Positions 1 to 8,482 of a stretch of DNA of 64,000 nt are shown here, piece after piece. Within the stretch, counting starts at the first letter, position 1, and every line of letters begins with the position of its first letter. Below the pieces are notes generated by a model. That model did not search any database. It was not told the origin of the DNA and worked only from the letters and a program-made list of their open reading frames with translations. A program made the position numbers and the translations under genes. This DNA is from a virus (lineage: Duplodnaviria > Caudoviricetes): positions 1 to 64,000 of IMG/VR virus record IMGVR_UViG_3300010398_000010; one strand, written 5' to 3'.

Positions 1-63
1 CCTTTCCGGCGACTCCGCGCCTTTCATAGCCATGCGTGTGTTTCAAGATCGCAGGTCGGCCGA

Positions 64-306
64 TTGTTCACGCTTTACGCTGGTCTGGTGATCGTCTGTG
101 AGTGCCGGGGGTGGCGGCATCAGCCGCCGGGCTCGCGCAACGGGGTGCCGGTGGCCAGCTGCGGGGGCCGGGCGCTGGTGCGCTGGTATTTCCCGGCTGG
201 GCAGGTGTTGCCGGGGGAGCCGGGGTTCATCGACTTGTGTGAGGGCTGCCGGGTGGGTGAGTGGGCGCCGCATCTGGTGCCGGTCAGGCTGGAGCCGCTC
301 GGCTGA
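64..306 (+). CDS. hypothetical protein, Cys-containing
   Basis: 80-aa ORF with mostly G/C-ending codons; CxC and CxxC; start uncertain. Confidence 0.5.
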   Translation: MFTLYAGLVIVCECRGWRHQPPGSRNGVPVASCGGRALVRWYFPAGQVLPGEPGFIDLCEGCRVGEWAPHLVPVRLEPLG

Positions 307-309
307 GGC

Positions 310-618
310 TCACCAGGGCGGGTCGCCGGGCTGGTGCCGGGCTGAGTCGGCTGAGATCGCGCCGGGGTCGGGCTCGCGGGCTGGGGCGAAGATTTGCGCG
401 AGGTCGGCGGGGTTGCAGGTGTAGGCGTAGCCGCCGCTGCGGAGTCTGCCGCGGTGGTAGTAGATGGGTTCGGGCATGGGCTCGGTGACGGCGGGCGGGT
501 CGGCCCACCACTGCACTTGGAGGTGCAGGGGCACGGGGGCGCAGATGACGCGGGGCAGGGGTTCGGGGATGTCGTGGGTCTGCCCGGCGAGTGGCCCGCC
601 GTGGAACTCGCATCGCAC
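310..618 (-). CDS. hypothetical protein
   Basis: 102-aa ORF with protein-like composition (MRCEFHGGPLAG..., a start style common in phage hypotheticals). Confidence 0.55.
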   Translation of the reverse strand: MRCEFHGGPLAGQTHDIPEPLPRVICAPVPLHLQVQWWADPPAVTEPMPEPIYYHRGRLRSGGYAYTCNPADLAQIFAPAREPDPGAISADSARHQPGDPPW

Positions 619-677
619 GTAGGCAGGTTAGTCGTCTGGTGCCGGTCACTGGGGTAGCCCGGCGGGAGGGGCCGGGT

Positions 678-758
678 ATGGGCGATGAGTCGGCGTGGCT
701 GGTGCTGGCGGCGGTGCTCACGCTCGCGGCTTTGGTGGTTCTCATCGCGTCGGGGTGA
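678..758 (+). CDS. putative small membrane peptide (26 aa)
   Basis: GGGAGG 8 nt upstream of ATG; MGDESAWLVLAAVLTLAALVVLIASG is a single hydrophobic helix. Confidence 0.35.
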   Translation: MGDESAWLVLAAVLTLAALVVLIASG

Positions 759-901
759 GCCGGTTGAGATCCGGTCGTTGAGGTCGGGGCATCGTTTGTG
801 GGTGGGGTGGCTGGCCCGGCCGCAGCAGACGCGGTCGTTGCCGGTGTGGGTGTGGCCGCTTGAGTTGGTGGCGAGGGTGCGGGCTCGGGCTGAGGGGCGG
901 G

Positions 902-1249
902 TTAGAGGATCGGGTCGCCGGGTTGCCAGCGGGCGGCGTCGCCGCTGAGTGAGTCGAGCCAGCGGGCGTCGCCGGCTGTCTCGCGTTCGATTGGTGACCA
1001 GCCGCCACTGCCGCCGGCGTAGACGGGATCGCTGGCCGTGTATGCGCCGCCGCCGCCGGCGGCGTAGACGACGGTGTTGCTGCCGCCGAACCGCGACGAT
1101 CCGCCGTTCGTGCCGCGGGTGGCCTCGCAGATGCGGCGGGCGCTGTCGGCAGGGTCGAGCGACTGCACATGCCGGATCGCCGCGTCGCCGGGGTCGGGCT
1201 CGATGATCTGCCAGACCCCTACGGAAGCGGAAGCCGGGAAGTCGCTCAT
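902..1249 (-). CDS. hypothetical protein
   Basis: MSDFPASASVGVWQIIEPD... with high GC3 codons; part of listed ORF 902..1453. Confidence 0.55.
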   Translation of the reverse strand: MSDFPASASVGVWQIIEPDPGDAAIRHVQSLDPADSARRICEATRGTNGGSSRFGGSNTVVYAAGGGGAYTASDPVYAGGSGGWSPIERETAGDARWLDSLSGDAARWQPGDPIL

Positions 1250-1697
1250 GCCGTCAATGATCTGCCAGGGGCCGAACTGCGGGAAGGTCTTTGAGGCTAA
1301 ACGCCGGACGGCGATGTACTGCTGCAACGGGTGCTCGGTGCGGGCGTCGCGGCTCGGCCAGCTGGGCAAGCCGGTGCTGGCCCCGGCGTCCAAGCAGGCG
1401 GTCAAGGCCAGGCTCGGGGACGCGATGCTCAAGGCGACCCGGGCGGAACTCACGTCGGCGGGCCGGGTGAGCTCGAGCGCTGGGCAGCGTGCGCTGCTGC
1501 TCGCGAAGCGGCTCGATGCCTCCGGGCAGGAGACCGGCGCGGCGGTCGCGGCGTTGTGCCGGGAGCACGCGGCGGCGATGGAACGGGCTTTGGCGACGCG
1601 TGAGGCTCAGGATCCGGTCAGCAGATTGCAGGATGAGGTGAGCCGGCGCCGTGAGCGTAGGGCAGCTGGTCAGGCCGGCGTACCTCCACCTGCCTGA
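1248..1697 (+). CDS. terS: terminase small subunit (putative), N-terminal Zn-finger
   Basis: Directly upstream of and overlapping terL; CxxxxC...CxxxC N-terminus; helical C-terminus ending DPVSRLQDEVSRRRERR as in actinophage small terminases; start 1248 or 1257. Confidence 0.7.
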   Translation: MPSMICQGPNCGKVFEAKRRTAMYCCNGCSVRASRLGQLGKPVLAPASKQAVKARLGDAMLKATRAELTSAGRVSSSAGQRALLLAKRLDASGQETGAAVAALCREHAAAMERALATREAQDPVSRLQDEVSRRRERRAAGQAGVPPPA

Positions 1698-3147
1698 CTT
1701 TGAGGTGACCGAGGGCGGGTCGGTCGCGGATCTGAACGCGCAGGCCGGGTTCGGCCCGGATGAGGAACAGCGCCTCGCCCTCGATGTGATCTTTGCGGTG
1801 GGTCCGCACGCTAAGGCGGTCGCGTTTGAGACGTGGATCATCGCGTGCCGGCAGAACCTTAAGACCGGTGTGCTCAAGCAGGCGGTGCTGGGCTGGCTGT
1901 TCCTGTTCAAAGAGAACCCGGTGATCTGGACGGCGCATGAATGGGATCTGGTCAGTGAGGCGTTCCGGGATCTCGATGAACTGATCAGCGGGTATGGCTG
2001 GCTGTCGCGGCAGGTGCGGTACATCCACCGGGGGGAGCGGGATCAGGAGATCGGGCTCCGCAACGGTGGCCGGCTGCTGTTTAAGACGCGCACCCCGGGC
2101 GGCGGGAAGGGGCTGGCCGGGGCCAAGGTCGTGCTCGATGAGGGGTGGAAGATTCAGGCGTCGCACATGGGTGCGCTGCTGCCGACGCTGTCCAGCCGGT
2201 CGATCACGGGTGATCCGCAGGTGATCGGCGGGTCGAGCGCGGCGTACGCCGAATCTGAGGTGCTGCACCGGATCATCAAACGCGGCCGGGCGGCGGCGAC
2301 CGATGAGGCGGCGGCGGCGGCTGAGCGGCGGTTCGCCTATTTGGAGTGGTGCGCGCCGCCACCAGCTGAGGCGTGCGACCTGGGTGACCGTTGCGATCAC
2401 GGGCTGACGACGGCTGGGTGCGGGTGTGACAAGCCGGATCTGTGGCTGGCGGGTAATCCGGCGATGGGCCGGCGGATCAGCCAGGACTACATCGCGGATG
2501 AGCGGCGGGCGATGCCACCGCACGAATTCGGGCGTGAGCGGATGGGCTGGCACGACGCCCCGGAGGGTCAGGCCGAAGTGATCCCGCTGACCGACTGGGC
2601 GGCTGGGCTTGACCCGGCGAGTGAGCCGGTGGGTCCGGTGGCGATTTCGGTGGTGTGCAGCGCGGGGATGGACCGGGCGGCGATCGGTTTGGCTGGCCGC
2701 CGGTCGGATGGCTGCTGGCATGTTGAGGTCGCGGATTACCGGGCGGGCACGGGCTGGGTGGTGGACCGGGTCGCGGCGATCGTCGATCACCATGAGGTGT
2801 GCGCGGTGGTGGTGGATCCGAAGGGGCATGAGGCGGCGGTCATCAAGGGGCTTGAGGATGCGCGGATCGAGGTGACCAAACCGGCGTACGCGGATGTGGC
2901 GGCGGCGTTCAGCATGTTCTTTGAGGCGGTCACCGACGCGCATTCGGTGCGGCACCGCGGGCAGGATGAACTGACCCTCGCGCTGGCGGGGGCGACGACG
3001 CGGCCGGTGGGCGACGCGGGGCAGGCGTGGGGCCGGCGCAAGTCGGGGGTGGATATCTCGCCGCTGGTCGGGGTGACCGAGGCGATGTGGGGTCACCTGC
3101 TCAAGATCGCCGCGTTTGAGACCGTGCCCGGGGCCTGGGCGGTTTGA
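1651..3147 (+). CDS. terL: terminase large subunit
   Basis: Walker A-like RQNLKT, Walker B VVLDEG, FGRERMG linker, C-terminal nuclease ending DISPLVGVTEA. Confidence 0.95.
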   Translation: MSVGQLVRPAYLHLPDFEVTEGGSVADLNAQAGFGPDEEQRLALDVIFAVGPHAKAVAFETWIIACRQNLKTGVLKQAVLGWLFLFKENPVIWTAHEWDLVSEAFRDLDELISGYGWLSRQVRYIHRGERDQEIGLRNGGRLLFKTRTPGGGKGLAGAKVVLDEGWKIQASHMGALLPTLSSRSITGDPQVIGGSSAAYAESEVLHRIIKRGRAAATDEAAAAAERRFAYLEWCAPPPAEACDLGDRCDHGLTTAGCGCDKPDLWLAGNPAMGRRISQDYIADERRAMPPHEFGRERMGWHDAPEGQAEVIPLTDWAAGLDPASEPVGPVAISVVCSAGMDRAAIGLAGRRSDGCWHVEVADYRAGTGWVVDRVAAIVDHHEVCAVVVDPKGHEAAVIKGLEDARIEVTKPAYADVAAAFSMFFEAVTDAHSVRHRGQDELTLALAGATTRPVGDAGQAWGRRKSGVDISPLVGVTEAMWGHLLKIAAFETVPGAWAV

Positions 3148-3159
3148 CGGTGGGCTCCG

Positions 3160-3432
3160 TTACGGCGAGCCCCACCACCGTTCGGGGATCTCCTGCGCTT
3201 GGAAGCTGAGGCTGCGCCGGAACTCGTCGGGCAGCGGGTGGTTGCCGGGGAAGTCCACGACCCAGGTAGCGCCTCGGCCGTCGTCGTCGGGGGTGACCGA
3301 CACGATGGTGCACCTGCCGACCTCGGTGCCGTTGAGCTTGAGCGGGACCGTGGTGTTGATGACCTTGGCGAACGCGCCGGGGGCGTAGCGCTCGTTTTCG
3401 CCGGCTGACTGCCAGAACTCGACTCGCGTCAT
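3160..3432 (-). CDS. hypothetical protein, antisense to the late genes
   Basis: 90-aa ORF, globular beta-rich composition, fills the gap after terL. Confidence 0.6.
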   Translation of the reverse strand: MTRVEFWQSAGENERYAPGAFAKVINTTVPLKLNGTEVGRCTIVSVTPDDDGRGATWVVDFPGNHPLPDEFRRSLSFQAQEIPERWWGSP

Positions 3433-3459
3433 GGGCTCAGGGTAGGGGAGCGAAAAACA

Positions 3460-3636
3460 ATGCCAGCTGGTGAGCGCGCCTGGTCTTACGTCGTGCTGCG
3501 GTGGGTGCTCGCGGTCGCGGCGCTGCTGTTCGCCGGGGTGTGGTTCCTGTCGACGGTGGTGTCCGGGTTCGACTCGCCGGACTGGGTGCCGCCGGCTGGG
3601 CTGCTCTGCTTGGCGGTCGCGGTGCTGCTGCCCTGA
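3460..3636 (+). CDS. small membrane protein (58 aa)
   Basis: MPAGERAWSYVVLRWVLAVAALLFAGVWFLSTVV...LLCLAVAVLLP, two hydrophobic segments; GGGAG upstream. Confidence 0.55.
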   Translation: MPAGERAWSYVVLRWVLAVAALLFAGVWFLSTVVSGFDSPDWVPPAGLLCLAVAVLLP

Positions 3637-3929
3637 CCGGGGCTGAGGCGTAGAACGGCGGTCTGTTGATCTATCTCGCGTGGGGTGCTCTGGTCATCGC
3701 CTTGGTCGCGCTCGGGGTCGCGTTGGCCTCGACTGTCCGCGGCGGCAGCGGCCGCCATCGCGGACGCTAGGAGCGCTTGGCGGGCTTGGCCGCGCCGGGC
3801 GTAGACGGTGATCGTGAAATCGGGTGAGTCACACGGCCCATCAGGGGCGATGTGGCGGATGCCTGGGCCGGGCAGGTGCCGGGCGAAGTAGACCAGGGCG
3901 CCGTGAGCTAGGCACCGAACGTCGTTCAC
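3486..3929 (-). CDS. possible hypothetical protein
   Basis: N-terminal half looks coding, but the ORF overlaps 3460..3636 on the opposite strand. Confidence 0.3.
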   Translation of the reverse strand: MNDVRCLAHGALVYFARHLPGPGIRHIAPDGPCDSPDFTITVYARRGQARQALLASAMAAAAAADSRGQRDPERDQGDDQSTPREIDQQTAVLRLSPGQGSSTATAKQSSPAGGTQSGESNPDTTVDRNHTPANSSAATASTHRSTT

Positions 3930-3976
3930 GCGGGCAGTTTCCCCCGGCACGGCCGGTTGGCCGCCAGCCAGAATTT

Positions 3977-4037
3977 CGCCCAGGTGGGCGGCGACGCCCC
4001 GACCTGCGGCGATGCCGGCGGGTTCGTTTCGCCCAGG
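3977..4037 (+). promoter_or_regulatory. tripartite 61-nt element, copy 1
   Basis: CGCCCAGG at 3977, GACCTGC at 4001, CGCCCAGG at 4030; same spacing as copies at 19672 and 28050. Confidence 0.6.
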
Positions 4038-4084
4038 CCGCGAATCACCAACAGGACGGCACCGACCGCGGAGAGAGGCTTACG

Positions 4085-4384
4085 GTGGCACGACTTAGGG
4101 GAAACCCGGCGCTGGCGAAGCTGTCCATGCGGCTGCTGCTCGTGCGGCAGGCGGTGCATCGCCGGCGGCACTTCGCGGTCAACGCGGTGCTGATCGCAAC
4201 CGGCCTGCTCGGCGCGCTTGCAGGCGGCTGGGTGATCGGCTGGTGGTGCCTTGGGGTCGTCGCCATCGCGGAGTCAGCCGGGTTGCTGTACGTCGGGCTG
4301 ACCCGCGATGACGGCGAGCAGCTGCCGGTGCGCGGCGCGCGCACGGTCGATCAGGTGCTCGATGACGAACGGCTGCGCCCGTGA
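4085..4384 (+). CDS. membrane protein upstream of portal
   Basis: GGAGAGG 6 nt before GTG; two hydrophobic helices (AVNAVLIATGLLGALAGGWVIGWWCLGVVAIAESAGLLYVGL). Confidence 0.65.
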   Translation: MARLRGNPALAKLSMRLLLVRQAVHRRRHFAVNAVLIATGLLGALAGGWVIGWWCLGVVAIAESAGLLYVGLTRDDGEQLPVRGARTVDQVLDDERLRP

Positions 4385-4659
4385 CTCAATACCGCGTGCC
4401 GGTCAGCGATGACCTGCTTGAGCAGACGCCGTGGCGGCAGGTCGTGGGGTTCCGGCTGATCGCGGTCAACGGCCCGTGGCACGGGCACAAGGGGATCTCG
4501 ATCGTCACGTTTGAGGATGACAACGCCCCGGCTGAGCTTGAGGGTGCCCTGGTCGAGCCGGTGCTGCGGCACATGCCAGACGGGACGGTCACGGTGCAGT
4601 CCCGGACCCAGCTGAATGAGGCGGGGATCCCGTTCACGCAAACCGAGGGTGGTGACTGA
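4381..4659 (+). CDS. hypothetical protein
   Basis: 92 aa; start and stop overlap both neighbours. Confidence 0.7.
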   Translation: MTQYRVPVSDDLLEQTPWRQVVGFRLIAVNGPWHGHKGISIVTFEDDNAPAELEGALVEPVLRHMPDGTVTVQSRTQLNEAGIPFTQTEGGD

Positions 4660-6158
4660 TGGCGACGATGCTGGACCGGCTGCTGCGCCGCGCCACCTAC
4701 CCGGGCACGTACAGCGAGGCGGACTACTCCGGGGCTCAGTACGTCACCACCGGGGGGGCGACGACCGGGCCGGCGGGGAACCGGGAATCGAGCCCGCCGG
4801 GGATCGTGCGGGAAGCCCGCGCGGCGTATAAGTCCAATGGGATCGTGTTCGCCTGCCTCGCCGTGCAGCAGTGGTTGCTGTCCGAGGCGCGGTTCAAATT
4901 CCAGTCCAAGGTTGACGATCACCTGTTCGGGGATCAGTCGTTGGCGATCGTTGAGAACCCGTGGCCGAACGGCGACTCCGGTGATCTGCTCGCGCGGATG
5001 GGCCGTGACGGCGCGCTCGGCAACGCGTGGGTGCGCAAGGTGGTCCCGGCGAGCGGCGGCGATGCCCAGCTGATCGACATGCGCCCGGAGGCCGTGACGA
5101 TCATCAGCCAGGAACTGCCCGACGATCAGGGCCGGGTCTACCGGGTGCCCATCGGCTACGCCGAGGACATGGGCCCGGGGCGCGAGCCGCAGTTCTACTC
5201 GACCGATGAGGTCGGCCACTACGCGCCGTTGCCCGATCCCGACGCGCGCTGGCGGGGCATGTCGTGGCTGACGCCGATCCTGCGCGAGGTCCACGCCGAC
5301 CAAGCGCTGACCGGGTATAAGGCGTTCCACCTCGACAACGGCGCGCAGCCCGGCCTGACGGTCAAATACTCGATGAAGCTGAGCGAGCCCACGGTTGAGA
5401 CGCTGCGCAAGCGGATCCGCGCGAGGTTCGGCGGCCCGGAGAACGCCGGCAACGTGCTCATCCTCGATGAGGGCGCGGACGTGGCGGCGACCGGGTCGAC
5501 GCTTGAGCAGCTGCAAGCCGACGCGGTGACCAAAGCCGGGGAGCGGCGGATCTGCGCCGCGGCCGGGCCGGGGATGCTGATCATCTGCGGGTTTGAGCAG
5601 GGCGACTATATGCACGCGGTGCGGCAGATGGCCGACCTTTGGGCTCGGCCGCACTGGCGGATGATCTGCTCGGCGCTTGAGCATCTGGTGCCGACCTCGG
5701 CCACCGCAGCCCCGGTGCGGCTCTGGTATGACGTGGACGGCGTCGCCGCGTTGCGCGAGGGCGAGCTCGAGCGGTCGCAGTCGTTCCTGGTGCGGATGCA
5801 AGGGCTGGCGTCGGCGGTGCAGGCGGGGTTTTCCCGCGAGTCCGCGATCCTCGCGGCCGACTCGGGGGATATCTCGCTGCTCAAGCCGGACCCGAACGCC
5901 CCGGCGCCTGGTATGGCCGGCCGGGTCACCGAGACCGAGAAGTTCGGCGCACCGTCCGGTGGGCCGGGCCAGCCGCCGACCGGCGGGCCGGCTGGCGGGC
6001 TGCCGGGCCGGCCTCCGCAGGCCGGGCGGCCGCAGCAGTTGCCCGGTGTCGGTTCCCCGAACCTGCCGAACGCGCTGCCCGGCAAGGTGAACGGGTCCAA
6101 GGCGGTCCCGTCCGCGCGTGGTGCCGGGCGGTCTGATATCCCTTTCGCGGAGAACTGA
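4659..6158 (+). CDS. portal protein (HK97 family)
   Basis: Position after terL; NPWPNG, LxGNAW, GMSWLTPI, FxxNGAQPG, GPENAGNVLILDEG motifs; Pro/Gly-rich C-tail. Confidence 0.92.
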   Translation: MATMLDRLLRRATYPGTYSEADYSGAQYVTTGGATTGPAGNRESSPPGIVREARAAYKSNGIVFACLAVQQWLLSEARFKFQSKVDDHLFGDQSLAIVENPWPNGDSGDLLARMGRDGALGNAWVRKVVPASGGDAQLIDMRPEAVTIISQELPDDQGRVYRVPIGYAEDMGPGREPQFYSTDEVGHYAPLPDPDARWRGMSWLTPILREVHADQALTGYKAFHLDNGAQPGLTVKYSMKLSEPTVETLRKRIRARFGGPENAGNVLILDEGADVAATGSTLEQLQADAVTKAGERRICAAAGPGMLIICGFEQGDYMHAVRQMADLWARPHWRMICSALEHLVPTSATAAPVRLWYDVDGVAALREGELERSQSFLVRMQGLASAVQAGFSRESAILAADSGDISLLKPDPNAPAPGMAGRVTETEKFGAPSGGPGQPPTGGPAGGLPGRPPQAGRPQQLPGVGSPNLPNALPGKVNGSKAVPSARGAGRSDIPFAEN

Positions 6159-6178
6159 CCGAGGCACCGCAACACCTG

Positions 6179-8290
6179 ATGCTCGGCTGGGATCCGGATG
6201 AGCAGGCGTGGCGGGCGGACTGGGATCCGGCGAAGCACCCGCGGGTGCTGCACGGCGCGCACGGTGGCCAGTTCGCTCATGTGCCGGGCTCGGGCGCGTC
6301 GGTGCCCAGCGGCGCGGCCGGGGGCAAACGGACCGTCGCGGAGATCTACGCCGACGTTGGCGCGTGGGCCGGGATCCTTGAGGCGCAAGCCGACAACGCC
6401 CCGGATCTCGGTTACGGCAGCATCGGCAAGGACATCGCGGACGCGGCTGAGCATCTGCGGTGGGCTGAGCGGGTGATGGCCAAGGGCGACGATAGCTCGT
6501 TCGCCTTGGCGGCCAAGTACGTCGGTGAGGCCGGGATCCTGGCCGACCGCGGCGGGGTCGAGGGCGCAGGCGACCGGCTGCGCGACCTTGAGAGCGAGAT
6601 CATCGAGGCCACGCCAGAGTCCCCGCTCGGCGGCGAGTTTAAGGCGGTGCAGGATGTCACCGCCAAGGGGTCAAAGATCGTCCCGGATCTGCTCGGCGGC
6701 GGGCGGTCGGCGTGGGACGGCAAGACCGGCGTTGAGGACTACCTCGACAACCCAAACGCGATCGCTGAGACCGACTGGTACGGGCAGATCAACTACACCA
6801 CCGATGAGGCCAAGAGCCTCGATGCGGCGATGGGCGACAAGGGGCCGATTCACAACGCCGCAGCCTGGTCGGTGCCGCTGCATGAACTGATCCACGCGAC
6901 GATCGGCGGGACCGAGGCTGAGCGGATCAAGGCGCACGATGAGGCGGTCAAGGGGCTGCGCGGTGGCCAAGACCTGACCGGCGACTGGTCGACGCTGATG
7001 GATTGGTCGAACAGCGACGTAGACCGCAACCGCGACCGGGGCACGGCCGGGCCGTGGTGGCACACGCTCGCGCAGATCAACGAGCCCGAACCGGAGCAGT
7101 ACCAGGTGAGCCAGGCTCACGCCGACTGGCTGGCCTCGCACGGCTACCTCGACAAGAACGGCGATCAGTACCGGCTGTCCGCCAAGGGGCTCGCGGCGAC
7201 CACGCCGGTCACCCGCGAGACCCCCGCCGATGGGCGCGACGACTACCAAGAGCCCAGCGTGCAGGCGATCGAAGAGGGGTTCACGGAGCTAGGCACGATT
7301 CAGCACGCCCCAGAGTTTTTCGACCGGATGGGCATCGGGGACCGGCCGACTGACATGATCGCGGAACGCCCGGCTGACAAGCCCGACCTGAACATCCAAG
7401 CCAAGGTGATCAAGCAGTTGCATGAGTTGCGGACGCGCACCCACGCTGAGGGGTTCACTATCGCGATGAAGGCGGTCCGCGACGGCAAGCCGGACGCGGC
7501 CAAGGCCGAACTCGACCGGATGATCTCGGCCTATGAGGGGACCGACCTCAAGTGGGCGATCGCGAACGTCAAGGACGCGATTGACTCGATGTACCGCCGG
7601 CCGGTCGATAACCCGGAGTACAAGAAGCGGCAGACGGCGATGATCTCGGCGTTCAGCCGCGAGTCTGACCTGATCCGCAACCGGGTCTACGGCCCCGCCG
7701 CCCCGGGCAGGCTCAACGACGCGACGCAGCTGACCAAGTTGATGCAGGCGATGGCCCGCGCGGCGAACGACGTTGACGCCGAGGACTTCGCGGGCGCGGC
7801 CGAGGAACTTGCCCGGCTCGATCACAGCGGTGATACGGAGTACGCGAAAGACGCGGTGAAGCTGCGCGCGCAGCTGGTCGACGTGCTCGCGACGAACACG
7901 TCCAAGCGGGCGACGATGAGCGAGTATGCCCGCCGCCTGCAAGGCGCGGACCGGATCATCAACGGGTCGGCGTGGGGCCACTACCCGCAGGAGACCGCGC
8001 AGGCGTTGCGGTGGGCGCAGGCGGTCGCGGTGGCCGAACAGCCGCCCCTGCACGGCGAGGCGCTGCTCAAGCGGGTCACCGAGATCTCCGATGAGGTCAA
8101 CCGGGAGGGCACCGCCTACAAGCTCAAGATCATGGCGCGGCAGGCCGCACGAGCGGCGGGGCTCACCGACCCGAACCCGGCGAGTCTGGCGCAGGCCGAG
8201 AACTCGATCCGTAAGAACTGGGTGGACGGCGGCGCGTCGCTCGCGTTCGATCTGGCGACCCAGGCGGCCAAGAACGGGGCGGCGAAATGA
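6179..8290 (+). CDS. tagged head-associated protein with zincin metallopeptidase domain
   Basis: N-terminal WDPAKHPRVLHGAHGGQF tag; HELIH (6881-6895) plus downstream EEGFTE (7271-7288). Confidence 0.8.
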   Translation: MLGWDPDEQAWRADWDPAKHPRVLHGAHGGQFAHVPGSGASVPSGAAGGKRTVAEIYADVGAWAGILEAQADNAPDLGYGSIGKDIADAAEHLRWAERVMAKGDDSSFALAAKYVGEAGILADRGGVEGAGDRLRDLESEIIEATPESPLGGEFKAVQDVTAKGSKIVPDLLGGGRSAWDGKTGVEDYLDNPNAIAETDWYGQINYTTDEAKSLDAAMGDKGPIHNAAAWSVPLHELIHATIGGTEAERIKAHDEAVKGLRGGQDLTGDWSTLMDWSNSDVDRNRDRGTAGPWWHTLAQINEPEPEQYQVSQAHADWLASHGYLDKNGDQYRLSAKGLAATTPVTRETPADGRDDYQEPSVQAIEEGFTELGTIQHAPEFFDRMGIGDRPTDMIAERPADKPDLNIQAKVIKQLHELRTRTHAEGFTIAMKAVRDGKPDAAKAELDRMISAYEGTDLKWAIANVKDAIDSMYRRPVDNPEYKKRQTAMISAFSRESDLIRNRVYGPAAPGRLNDATQLTKLMQAMARAANDVDAEDFAGAAEELARLDHSGDTEYAKDAVKLRAQLVDVLATNTSKRATMSEYARRLQGADRIINGSAWGHYPQETAQALRWAQAVAVAEQPPLHGEALLKRVTEISDEVNREGTAYKLKIMARQAARAAGLTDPNPASLAQAENSIRKNWVDGGASLAFDLATQAAKNGAAK

Positions 8291-8475
8291 TCACTCTCGG
8301 CGTCACCCCGGACGGCAAGAAGGCTTACGCGGTGCTCGCGCAGGTGAACGGCAAGACGGTCAGCCCGCAGGCCGCGCTGGCTCACCTGGCTCAACTGGCG
8401 GATGAGTCCGAAACGACGGCGGGACTACATGAGGTGCAGGACGTGGCCCGGATCGTGCGACGGCTGAGGGGGTGA
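8287..8475 (+). CDS. small hypothetical protein coupled to the metallopeptidase gene
   Basis: 62 aa; ATGA overlap with the upstream stop. Confidence 0.7.
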   Translation: MITLGVTPDGKKAYAVLAQVNGKTVSPQAALAHLAQLADESETTAGLHEVQDVARIVRRLRG

Positions 8476-8482
8476 CGACAGC

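Noticed and set aside
685-948. Possible HNH packaging nuclease upstream of terS
   Set aside because: No CxxC or HNH motif in any frame read; Arg/Trp-rich translation typical of non-coding G/T-rich DNA.
1618-3096. 492-aa minus-strand ORF opposite terL (likewise 4386..6167, 7289..8053, 12585..14024, 14615..16210)
   Set aside because: Antisense shadows of real genes. Long open frames opposite coding sequence are expected at this GC content, and the translations are Arg/Pro/His/Gly-rich with no motifs.
4099-4105. Second GGGAAAC slippery-type heptamer
   Set aside because: It lies near the start of a small membrane gene with no useful -1 product; chance occurrence.
6179-8290. Calling this gene a MuF (phage Mu gpF) minor head protein
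   Set aside because: The position fits, but the MuF signature (R...IARTE, HPNCRC) is not visible.
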